DNA from: Raillietiella orientalis
Taxonomy: Eukaryota
DNA length: 64,000 nucleotides
Direction of reading: 5' to 3'
Assembly: GCA_036172245.1 (NCBI GenBank)
Contig: JAYWIR010000001.1
Location: 9,858,001-9,922,000, forward strand
Positions 23,213-34,444 of the stretch are shown piece by piece (position 1 is the first letter of the stretch; every line of letters begins with the position of its first letter). Below the pieces are notes generated by a model, which ran no database searches, was not told the DNA's origin, and saw nothing but the letters and a program-made list of their open reading frames with translations. The position numbers and the translations under genes were made by a program.

Positions 23213-26200
23213 TCACGAGGAGGAAGCGGCGGCGACGGTGGCGCCGTCGGTGATTTTGCGGCTAGACTTTCCACGGAAGGACACAGTGCACAGAGCCACG
23301 GCGGTGGCCAGCAGCAGCAGGAACACCAGCAGCGTCCACGTCGCCACTTGGTAGCCGTCGGTGGATGTCTCGGCCTGGTCGCTGGCACCCCGGCCCCTGG
23401 CGCCCGTCCTGGCGGCTGCGCCGCGGGTGCTGAGCCGCCGCACGGCCAGCGACGGGCCCACGTCCATGTAATATTCCTGCTGGGGGCGGAAGAGAGGCCA
23501 ATTCCTCTCGGGGACGGAGCTGCAAGGACGTGGCGGGAGCCCATTGGAGGATGCGCGCGGGAGTGTGGTTGAGGGCGTGGGAGGGCAGCCAAGGGGCGGG
23601 AGGCAGCCATGGAGAGAGCCCAGCGCCTCGTTGAGAGCAACTGACGACCCGCCTTGCCCCACGTTACCCGGGCGACATGAAGTCGGCGAGCAGGCGGATG
23701 ACTTCCTTCTTCCACGCCTCCAGCAGCAGGGCCGCCCGCTTTTCCTGGCCGGTCGCCTCCTTCCCTGAGGGCGCGAACAGTTTGCGGATGGAGGGTGCCG
23801 AGACCGCTCCTGTGGAGGAGTAGACGGGGTGAGGAAAGTACCGGGAGAGAAAGGGGGAGGAGCAGAAAAGAGAAAAAAAACCTGGGGTGCTTCCGCAGCC
23901 TGCGCCGGATGCGTCTTTCGGCGGATGCGTAGGGAAATGGGACGAAACCGTCCACAATCCCTAATCGAAGGGAAAACTGCCGCAAGCACGGAAAGGCTTC
24001 CGGGAGGACCCGCTCTCGTCCAGCGGTGAGGCTTCGCACTCTCGCCGCCCGGAGGGCAAGCTCAGAGGAGTGTCGGGGGAGAAGGGGAGCAGGACCAGAC
24101 GGACGCGCTCCGGTGGAGAGGGACACGTCCGTCCCTCTGCCGGAACGCTGCCGTCTGCGCGGTTGCCGGGGCAACGGGAGAGCCGGTAGCTGTGCTTTCC
24201 TGTAGGCGCGCGCGTTTTCCCTTGAGGTGGAGCTGCTCTGGAATGGAAAGCAGCAGGGCGAAAGGGTGCGACGCCCGGTCCTTCCTCACGTTCACCGGTC
24301 TTCATCTCCGGAAAGCGGGAAGAGCAGGGAGGGCGAAGACAGATGGATGGCGGCAGTCGGTGCACCGTGCCCTCCGCCCTGGAGCCGAGGAATCAGTACG
24401 GAAGGGGTCATCTCTGGGTCCAGAATGCATCAGCTGACCCCAGCCAAATGACCTTGGAAGTTTTCTCTGGGTCAGTTTGCCGTCTCTTCCTCCTCTATTC
24501 CTTTGCCATCCCGCTCCCTGCACCGCCTCACCAGGAGGCAACGGAGAGGGAGGAAAGGCCGCTCGTTCTCTTCCATCCTACGCTCGGGTAGCCACTGCCC
24601 CCCTCCCCACCCCTTCATTTCGTCGCTTGCTGCTTGGCTTGAGAACCTTTCCTGAGGAAGCGCTTTGGCCCGTGTCGGGAATGGATCGAAGGAGCGGTCC
24701 TTTTCAGCTCCCCTGCGAGACGGGGGGCGTGGAGAGACAGGCAGCAACATCACTAGAAGCCTTATCCTCGGGAGTTGGAGAGGGGGAGACGCAACACCCT
24801 ACCTGACCTCGACAACAGACGACGACAGGGGGACGCACTCTGTGGCCGTCAGTAGCCGGAGGCACGCCATTTCCCCCTTCTTGCAGGACCGGGTTGGCGC
24901 AGCTCTGGGACGACGGGTCTCCTTCCGGTGCCGACCTGCACTCGCGGGTGACCTTTGCTGGCGGTCGCTCCGCGTCCCTCCACCCTCTCTCAAGGGACCT
25001 CAAGCTGAGGAAGGGCGCGCGCTCAGCACCTTCGGCGCCCGAGTTGGCCCCTCTCCGTCTTCTGCTCGTTCCGGATGCGTCTCGCGTCTCCATCTTTGCC
25101 TTCTCGGAGGAGACGATGGGCGGGAAAAAGGGATGAATGGATGAGCCGAGGCCAGGAGGGTGACGACGGGAGGTTTTGCCGGGCGCACCCGGCGTTCGCA
25201 GCGGTCCTCCCCTTCTTTGGACGGCTGCCCTGTCTTTCGTTGGGATCCCCATGCATGGGAGACCCATTAGCCGCACGTCTTCCCGTGTTTCCTCGGCCGG
25301 GCCATCTTTTCCCGAATTCCTGTTTCCTCGCCGTTGGCGAAGAAGAGAGCGGAGAGAAGTGACGCGTTGATTCGCTTCTAGGGACTTCGGATTCCCTTCT
25401 GCAGACGTCGCTGGCACCGGGCAGCGCCTCTCCTGTTGCCCTGGGAGTTTCCGTGGAACGCGGAGCCGTAAGGTCCAGCGGTTGCCGAAAGCGGAGATGC
25501 GCCGAACCTTCCGACGATTTAATTTTAAACGCGATGGTGCAACTCTTGAGGACCGACCTCGACTATCGCGGGGTTTGCTCACGGACGGACGTGCGGACGA
25601 ACGGAACGGCGCGAAGGGAGCGCGTGCGCTCGCGTAGTTCGTCCGCCGCTCTCGCGAGGCTTCGAGCCGCTAGCGCGAATCCAAGAACGAGCGGCTGCTC
25701 CCACCGGAACATTTTGCACGGATGTTGGAGCTGAGGGCACATGAATGGCCTCCTCTCGTGGTCATTTTTCCCGGACCATCACCTGGTTTCGGATTCCGGC
25801 CACCAGGGGCTCCAGCATGCGTTTTCGGCCGAAGGCGAAAGTTCTATTTTCAAAATCCTTCCGACCATGAGGTCATCCCGTCCTCTGCGATTCGAAATTT
25901 TCTTCTAGAGGGTCCTCAAGGTTTTCGGAATCTGTGTATGCTGCTCCAGGGCAGTGCTTCTCATAAAAAAAAGAAAAACAGACGTGGCCCCAACTGCCCG
26001 AACTTGGTGACCAGAAGGTCACGGGATCTGTTTCCTTTTCAGGAGCAGCTGCCCTGCGAAACTCAAGATAACGAGCCCTCTCGGGACGCTGCTCTTCCAC
26101 ACAGACGGCAGGCAGATGCTGAATCTCGCTTCCGAAGAACGGAGACTCTTGCCTGCCTCGGAGCTGAGTGTCGACCTGCAGCCTGGTCCTGGAGCTGCCA

Positions 26201-29200
26201 CCACGTCGCCACGAGCGCTGACATGCCATCCGAAAGTCTTCCCGGGTTGGATGGATTCTCAAGAGTCTGACCGTTCCCTTGCACAAGGGCGCCCCCGCTT
26301 TCGTGGCTTCGCGGAGCCGAAGTGAATTCAGATGGGCCCTTGGATGCCCCCCCGTGCTGGTCCAACTGCAGTGTCACCCGGCACGGCCGACGATTTTCCC
26401 ACGCCTATTCGCCTCTTCAAAAGGCGGTCCGCAGCTTTCGTACTAATTGATTCCTTGAGGAGTGGGACATTTCCTCTTCAACCTGTGTGCCGAGCTTTCG
26501 TGTTTCCCTCTAGAACGAAGAGGGCTAGTTGTCCTCCAAGCAGAGTTCTTTGGACCACGGATCATGTGAATCAGATCGCTTCGCGTCGGGGCTGCGAGCG
26601 AAACTGCTACTGGAGTCGCGGCCACAGCCGTGAGGCGACCCACGTGGCCGCGGGAAAGTTTACGTTCGGCGCTGTTTGCCTTTTCTTGCTGTTCTTAGGA
26701 GGGAAAGTGGCCAGGCGGGCCACGCCATGTTCGACACTTGGGGAACGGCTGGCTTTGAGTAGGTCGCCCCCTCGCGGCAAGTTGGCACCTATTCCTCGTG
26801 GCGACTGCGATCGCGCGCATCCAAAGACCTCGGTAGGAAGCGGGGCGCGACAATCAGCTGACCTCTCCGAAGCTATCGGCTCCAAGCTATTGGGCGCGGG
26901 CATTTTCCAGAGCGGGTAGGTTCCTAAGGACCGGAAACGAGTGCCCGCTCGGGGGGGGGGAGCACGCCTCCGTGGGAGTCCCTGGCGGCCGCCCAATCTT
27001 CTGAGCGCCGTTGACCTTGCGCGTGCGACGAACACAGCATCATCGTCCGGATCGGTGTACTTCGAGTGCATCTCGCGCAGGCGACGAGGAACCCTCCTCG
27101 TCGCCGTGGGAGGAAAAACACCACCGCGGAGAGCCCAGGACGGCGTGAAGGGAAGCGACTGCGAGTCGACCTCGATGAGATCGCGTGTTCGCCGGGACGT
27201 GAGATCCCGGCCAGCTGACGATGGGGGAGGGGGAGAGCTGCGGCGACGTCCGTTCGCCTTGCGCCGATGATGCTGGAGTGTCATGACCGCACAATCGCCA
27301 CAATGACCAAGGTGATGTCGGACGACACCGGTGCTGATCACGTGACGACATTGGTCTGCATTCAGGGAAAAAACCTTTTCCTGAGGAAGCCGGGAAGAAA
27401 CAGACAGTTTTTCCGCCTTCTCCCCCTCCCTCTCCCCTCCTTTTGCCCTCTTCCCTTCCTCCTCACCTCCCCCTCCAACCTTTTAAAAGAGCTTCGCGGC
27501 GCACGGAAGGAACACTGGGAAAGAGAGGTCAGGGCTAGAGGGGAAGGTCACCTTCGAATAGATATTCCTGGAACCTTATCGTCACGGCAGGGTGCTTCAG
27601 CAAGAAGAGGTTCACAGGGACTGAGTGGCTCGCCAGGTGCTCCGCAATCCTCAGCAGCGGGATCTCCCAAAGGACCGTCGTCAGCAGCTGAGAAAGAGAA
27701 GAAGGGTTGGAAAAACTTGGCGGCATGCCATAGCCTAAGGAGAGGAGACTCACGTTGCCCACGCTCGAAATGAGGGAACGGGAGTTCTGGCTACCGCTAG
27801 TCCTGAAGAAGGACTCGTAGTAAAGGTATTTCAGCTGGTCGGCCTCGTCTGCCGAGTGGATCCCTGAAATGCAGGGCTGCTGCGAAGAGATGGAAGGTGA
27901 GGGAATGTTGGCGCGGGATGAAAGGGAGCAGGTAGAGAGTGCGGGGAACACCCAGGGAAGGAGGGAACGCAGAAGGGCTGTCCCTCCCACCGCGAAGGGG
28001 GTAGCGGCCAGAAGCCGCCACCCTGAGGCGCGCATCCCCAGCTCTTCGGCGCGCGGAGGACCCACCATTCCTCCCCGCTTTGGAAACCTCACGGGGTGGG
28101 CGAAATGGCGGAAGAATGGAAGCGCTTCCTTCGCCCGGGCTCTTCCGAGCAGCGCCACTGGTTGAAGGAGCGGAGTGCGCGCGCAGGAAGACGTCCCATG
28201 CCTGAGAAAAGCGAGAGACGTTGAGGGAAGGATGCAGGCACTGGAGAGGGGCGAAGAGATGGGGCCCAAACGGGACCTTCTCCGTCCCTCCTCGCCACCA
28301 AGCAGCCAATCAGCGGTCGAAGCCGTGCAGGAGCAGACTTCGAGGCTTCTCGTTCCCGCTGCTCGTGGGAGGGGCACTTAGTAGATGCTAGCATCTGCTG
28401 CGCGCCCCTCCCCTCCTCCCTCCCCATCTGCTGGCGTTTGTTCACTCCAAGGCGTTTCGGATGCCCCTTCTGAGACCCATAAGAGAAACTTTCTGCGGGA
28501 TGGTCGGGGAGAGGACGGCCGCCGAAACTCCAGGAAGTCGGGACGCAGGCGCGTTGTGCTTGCCGGTGGGAACGCAGTGACGGTCGACCCCAGGAGGAGG
28601 ACTGGTGCGAGTCCCGTCGTGCCAGCAGGAGATGGTCGTGGGACAGCGACTCCCCCTGACCCCCTGCGTCCGCCGTAGTGCCGAACACAGCCCTGGCGCG
28701 CTCCCTTCCTCGCCGGTGCCGATCCGGTGTGGGAGAAGGAGGGAGGGAGAGAAGGAGGAGTCCAGGGGATATTTGGGGATCGGAGTAGGGGAGGCTTGGG
28801 GTCGGCCTTCTCCCCGAGGAATCTTCCCCGCCCACTTTCTCTTCTGCCATCCCCACAAAAGATGCCGGGCGGCAGGGAGAGCGGGAGGGGGAGTGAAAGG
28901 GGGAGAGGGTCGAGAAGACACGAGGTGCAACCGGGAGCTCACCTGAGAAGTTGACGAGGAAGGGCAGGTGGGTGGCCTTGAAGGCGTCCTCGGCGACGAG
29001 CGAGCCGTTAGACGACCTCAGCCACGAGGCGTCGTGCAGTTCTGAGCGGCCAATCAGACGGCTTTAAACCACCTCGTCGCCGACGGCCGCTTACCGTAAC
29101 AAACCTTTAAGTAAAGCCAGGCCTTCATCCTGTCCCCAGCCTATCATGATGGGCACGGTAGCGGGCTCCCGGGAGAGCAGCAGACTGGCGGGGTCCGTGG

Positions 29201-32200
29201 GCACGATGGCAAAAGACTGGGTGGCCTCGCTGCTTGGAGTCACCCAGAACCAGGGGTCCCCTCCTTCCAGGAGTTTCCTCTGGAGAGAGAAGGAAGGAAC
29301 CAAAAAAAAAAAAAAAAGGAACTTCGCAAGAGGGAAAGAAGACCAGGGTGGGAAGGGCAGTGGGCAGTTCCCCTGCCTTTTCCTCTGAGGGTTTGCCGTC
29401 CGGATGTGCGACCGGAGGAGGGCGGGAGGGGGCGCTCTTTAGTGTTTCCTAGGCAGGGGAGGAGAGCGGATGCGCTTCTTCCCTCTCGCCGTCGCTGCGG
29501 TCGTTTCCCCGGGCAAACCGCTCCGCGCACTTCCTCTCCGGGAGCCAGGAAGAGCAGCGCTGCTTCCCTTCTTCTTCCCCAACGCGCGGTCTTCCTCTGC
29601 GTCTTCTTGTGTTCGCGAGCGCCAACGCACTGGGGTCGAATTCCCACCTTTCCCACCCGCCCGTCCCCAGGACGCGGTTCCAGGACCTCCTCGGATGAAA
29701 GTCTGTGTTCCCAGAGAGCGGGGGAAGGGGAGAGGGAGAAAAAAACGCGCATCCTCTCTCCTCCCCCCTTCCTCCCCTGCCTCAGAAGCGCGAAAGGGGG
29801 GTCCTCCGCTTCCCTCCTCCGTATCCTCGACGCGGTTACTCACCTGGATCGAGTGCGTCGCCATGACGATCTCGGAAGCGGACTTGAGCCTCAGGCAGGA
29901 AGTGACCTCGAAGGACGAGGAGGCCGGCAGGCAGTCGAGCTCCGCGGCCACGCCCTGGAAGAGCTGCACCAGGGCGGGGTTGAAGTTCAGCGTTCCCGTA
30001 GGCGGGTTCGAGGTGCACACAGCCCTGGAAAAAAGCCCTGGGGGAGGAGGGAGGGGAGGACGTCAGTCCCGAGCTTGACCCTAGAAGGGGCGCAGAAGGC
30101 CGAGGGAACTGACCCAGAGTCGCCGGGGAGAGGTAGAGGTCGTACACCAGGGCGGAGCCGGAGCCGATTCCTAGGAGCGTGATGAGGTTGGCGTCGCCCC
30201 CGAAGTGCCCAATGGTCTGCCTGATCCACGTCAGGGCGACGACCACGTCGTGCAGGCCGTAGTTGCCGCGCGCCATCTGGTCCTCGGTGGTGAAGAATCC
30301 TGGAACGGGAGAGGCGGAGGAGAGAAGCTCCCCGGTGCCGGCGTCCCGTCGCCTCACGGGGAAGCTTTCGCGGTTGGCGGGGGGGGGGGGCAAGGGGGGC
30401 GGTCAGCTGGCAGGCAGACAACAGGGCGGCCGCACCCCCGAACCCCTCGGGGCGTGGTAGGACGCCGCAGGCGCGCGTGGGTCCACACCCCAGGATCAGA
30501 CGACGCTTTCGGGAAAGGTCGCCTCCGCCTTCCCCTCTCTTTGGTTGCCCGGCAACACCTGATCCCACCGCCGCCGGGATCAGGCGTTCCCGCGAGGACG
30601 AGTGCGCGCGCGTCTGGCTGCACGGACGAGGAAACGCTCTCCCAGCCCCCGCTTTGCCCCGCCCCGCCGCAGCTGCCCTCTTCCCTGCCAGGGCGATCAG
30701 GGAGGCGCGCCTTACCCAGTGCGCCCAGACGGTACTGCACCTTGACGACCACCACGCCCTCATCCATCCACGCGGAAGGATCGAAGTGCTCCATGGCGTC
30801 GCCGACGAAGTGGTCCCCGTTGATGATGACCAGGACGGGGGAGTTGCCGACGCTGCCTCCAGCGGCGCTGCCGTTCGCGTGGTTGATCTGGTGTGGCGGG
30901 CGGAAGGGGATCCTCCTTTGTCGGTTCGGCGCTCGGGAAAAGAGGGACGGCGTTCCCTACCTTGGGGGACATGATCGACAGGGTGAGGCAGTCCTCGGCC
31001 CCCGTCACGGCTCCCTTCCACACTTGGGGGCACAGGGGAGCCTCCTGGGTTGCATCCAGGATCTTCAGCCCCCAGCGGTTCTCCAGCTGGGAAATCTGGA
31101 AGAGAGAAGTTCCTGGAGCCGTGAGAAGGGAGGGCCGGGCCCCTTCGCCCTCGCCCGAGCCTCCTCTGACCCTTCTGGAGAAGAACTCTTCCTTGTCAGC
31201 ACCTTGGGAGCTCGACGCTTCCAGAGAAGGTCACCTCCGTCTTCCCCCTTCCCCTTGGTTGACCAGCAACCTCTTCTGCCTGACCTCGATGTGGTGACGG
31301 CGGTCTCTCCCCCTCTGGACGCGAAAGACGGGAAGACGCGTTGCCAGCACACGCCCTTTGCCTGGCGATCGCTTCCAGGGCTGACTGCGGAGATGTCTTG
31401 TAGAGGGTCACAAGTGCCCCTGGATCTCCTTCCGAAGAGGTGCGTCCAGGGGTCCTAAAGGAAGCGCGAGACCGGGGAGGAGCGGAGGGGATCACGAGAG
31501 AGCTGTCTGTGCGGAGCAGCCGGGGACTACGAGACGCCCAAGAGTTCTGGAAGGTGAGATCCATGACCCGGGGGCACGGAGCTGGTCTTCCGGAGGAGGA
31601 CGAACGCTCGTCCGAGTGCAGAAAAGACCCACGGAGAAGGGGGGGGACGGCGGCGGAGCACTTCCCACAAGCGACGGGGGAAGGGAAGGATCCCAAGGAC
31701 TCAACGTTCTCTCCTGCTGCATGCAATCCGGGCTTTTATCTGGCACGAGGTCGCTCGGATCGAAGGAAGGAAACCGGAAAGAATCCTTCGAGAGCGGGAA
31801 AGCTCATCGAGCAAGCTGGAGTGGAGCAGGGCCCTCCCTCGCGAAAGAAAGCGGTGAGTGGTGAGTCGCTCCCGGAAGTGCCGCCGCATTTTCCTCCCCC
31901 TCTCCTTCTTCCTGTTTCTTTCTTTGCTTGGCTTCTCCTTTTCTCTTTTTGTTCGCCTTCGCGCTTCGTTCTAAGGCATCACAGCGACCGCAGCCGCTAC
32001 AGCCAAACATCTGGGCGCTTGCAACCGCCTCTTCGCTCCACTCAAGGTACGGAAACGAGCACCGTAGCGACAGCAAGCAGCAACGGCAGCGTAAGAAGGC
32101 TTCCGCGAGCCACGCGGTTCGGGGCAGGCCACGTTCGTTTGGTTCTCGCTTTCTTTTTTTTTTTCTTACCATTTTTTAGAAGACATAAATAACATTATAA

Positions 32201-34245
32201 ACCAGCCAAGTGTAATGTGATGCATGCATAGTCACGTAATAAATAATCAGTGAAGAATACGTTGGAAGTATACATGTGATGATTGTATTTGCACGAAGTA
32301 TGGGTAAGGCATGACAGGCAAACAAGAAGCAAAAAAAATACTGCTTTTTAAACGTTCTGCAGTTGTTTGCTGCAAGAGGTTGATGGATGCAACCTAGTCG
32401 CGAGACACAACAGCATGAGGTTTTCGGGCCACGGGACCTAGTGCGTACCGTACCCTACCGCTCAGCGTATAGGATCGGCTCGTTTTCACTACTCGCCACT
32501 CGAAACTCTCCCCATCGAAAATCACCCGTAAGAAAAAACGAAAACTATTCCATGTTCCTGTCTTTTTTTCGAAACAGGAGACTTCGCATGCATGGATCCC
32601 GGGACTCCATGTCGTTCGGCTTTCGGGGGAAGAAGGCAACAGGAGTGGCCAATCCGAAAATGGAGCGGCATTGTTACGTAAGTAGAGCTCGCCGACCGGA
32701 AATGGGAAAACGGCAAACGACAGTATTGCCTTGCCACCTGCCGAAAAATACCAAACACACACACACAAATCGTTTCATATCGATATTGAATTCGTGCTGT
32801 GTGGATTCTCAAAGTGAATAAGAACGACCTAGAATGATGCATCATTGCTGACAGATTCGGTCTGATCATTTGAAGTGATCACGTGAAGCGATCTGCATGA
32901 GGGAAAAAAAGGAAGGAAGGAAGGAAGGAAAGGGGGGGGGGGGAAGCTGCTGTTGCCATGGAAATCGACTTTTTAGCAACAATAACCATGCTCGCTAGCA
33001 AATTAATTTCTCACGCAGATTGCTACACATTGAAGAGGAAGTCGCCAAGCAATAGTGTGTGCTGTTAGCATCAACGATAAGGTAGGCTCGTAAGTTCAGA
33101 TGAAAAATAACGGACCCGGAAATCCGGGAGGAGGAGACGGCATTGAATAAATCAACCGCCGCAACATTTGTCAGAGTCCTTACGAAGTGGAGTGGGCGTC
33201 TGATGGTGGGGTGGGGGTTGGGGATGAAAAAAAAAACTGAAACCTGAGTCAGGGTCGCGTTGCTATTGTCGCCTGCGAGAGGGTTGGGTAGTCACCTGCG
33301 CGCACCTCGATCGATAAAATGGGAGACGCGCAGAGAGCCTGGTTGCCGGACGGCGGCCTGCGTTTCCCCTTCGCTATGCGAGCGAGTCGGTTGGCGCGCG
33401 CGCGGGTGCAACGGAAGACGCTCTTCTACCCCGGCCCCTTCCCCGGCGAGCCGATGGGGAGCACCTCGACGCAGGTGCGCGCGGTGCTTTTCCTGGGCGA
33501 CTTCGGTCAGCTCCCCATGCTCCGCCCCCGGATTCCCGCAACAGGGAGGTTCTAAGGGAGACAGGGGTTGGGAACACGGCGATCGCTTTCGCCTCCCGGA
33601 GGCAGAGGCGGAGTGGGGCCAGGGGCGACGAAGGATCTCGCGTTTTTTTTTTTGGTCTTTTCCGATTTTGTTGGTTTCCGCGGTTACGGTTGGGTTTTTG
33701 CACCTTCCCAGACTCCCCAGACAGGAGTGGGGTGGAGTTGCCCCTACCGCGCTCCGCGCGAGGGTGGCCGCGACGCTTCCGGGAAGGAGCGCGCGCGCTT
33801 ACCGACGGCCCGCCCCGCTGCTAGGAGACTTGCGGAGCGGCCCTCGCGGGGAAGCCGCGTGCTCTCCAGCCCCCCCGTTCCCTCCCGGAGTCCTCCACGG
33901 CAACCTCCCCTCCTGGAGGTGCTCGCACCCTTCGGTGCGTCTGCAAGGAGTGAACCCGGCCTCGGGTTTTCCGCTCCCGCTGGCTCCCCCGGGAGCGGGC
34001 CGGGGCCTTCGGGATCGGCTGCGACGGGTGGAAGAGCATCGGAGCGTACGTACCTGGAAGCGGCGGTGCCTGGCGTAGGGGAGTCCCCGGAAGCGGTAGT
34101 ACTCCGTGCCCGCGGACGTCCGGGACACCGTCCCGGCCACCAGTCCTCTCCTCGTCACGACGCTGGCCACCTGTTGGGCCGCCTCCAGGCATCCGAGGGT
34201 CGCGCAGGTCGCCGCCAACGCCACGAGCGGGAGCACCATCCCCAT
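23213..34245 (-). CDS. Type-I membrane carboxylesterase-family protein, predicted non-catalytic; 12 exons 34245-34054, 31095-30961, 30887-30716, 30299-30114, 30037-29844, 29279-29105, 29041-28943, 27863-27754, 27687-27575, 24452-24400, 23809-23668, 23519-23213 (about 625 aa)
   Basis: Signal peptide; FRGLPYA, CPQ, EDCLTLSI, QYRLGALGF, GNYGLHD, FGGDANLITLLGIGSG, GLFSRAV, PIMIGWGQDEG, WPLF-YYMDVG; C-terminal TM (VATWTLLVFLLLLATAVALCTV). All joins GT-AG and in phase; exon 24452-24400 is the least certain. Confidence 0.85.
33380..33530 (+). mobile_element. Possible PIF1-helicase (Helitron) remnant in esterase intron 1
   Basis: GEPMG...VLFLGDFGQLPM resembles the PIF1 PFGG...GDFxQLPP signature. Short and isolated. 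Confidence 0.3.
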
Positions 34246-34413
34246 ACCCTCGCGCGTCCAGCGGGCAACTGGGGGCGTCCGGCCCGCCCGCATCTTTCCG
34301 CGGCGGCGGCGCAGGTACGTCGTTCGCTCGCGGCGGCACGCTCTTCTCCCCTTCCCCCTGTCCCCCTCCTTTCCCCTCGCTTCCTAGGCAACCGTCGATT
34401 TTTCCTTCCTTCC

Positions 34414-34444
<31 letters not shown>

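Noticed and set aside
27085-27170. SSHGDEE as the esterase catalytic-His exon
   Set aside because: No in-phase splice sites were found linking it to the flanking exons; the model is phase-consistent without it. cDNA is needed to exclude it.
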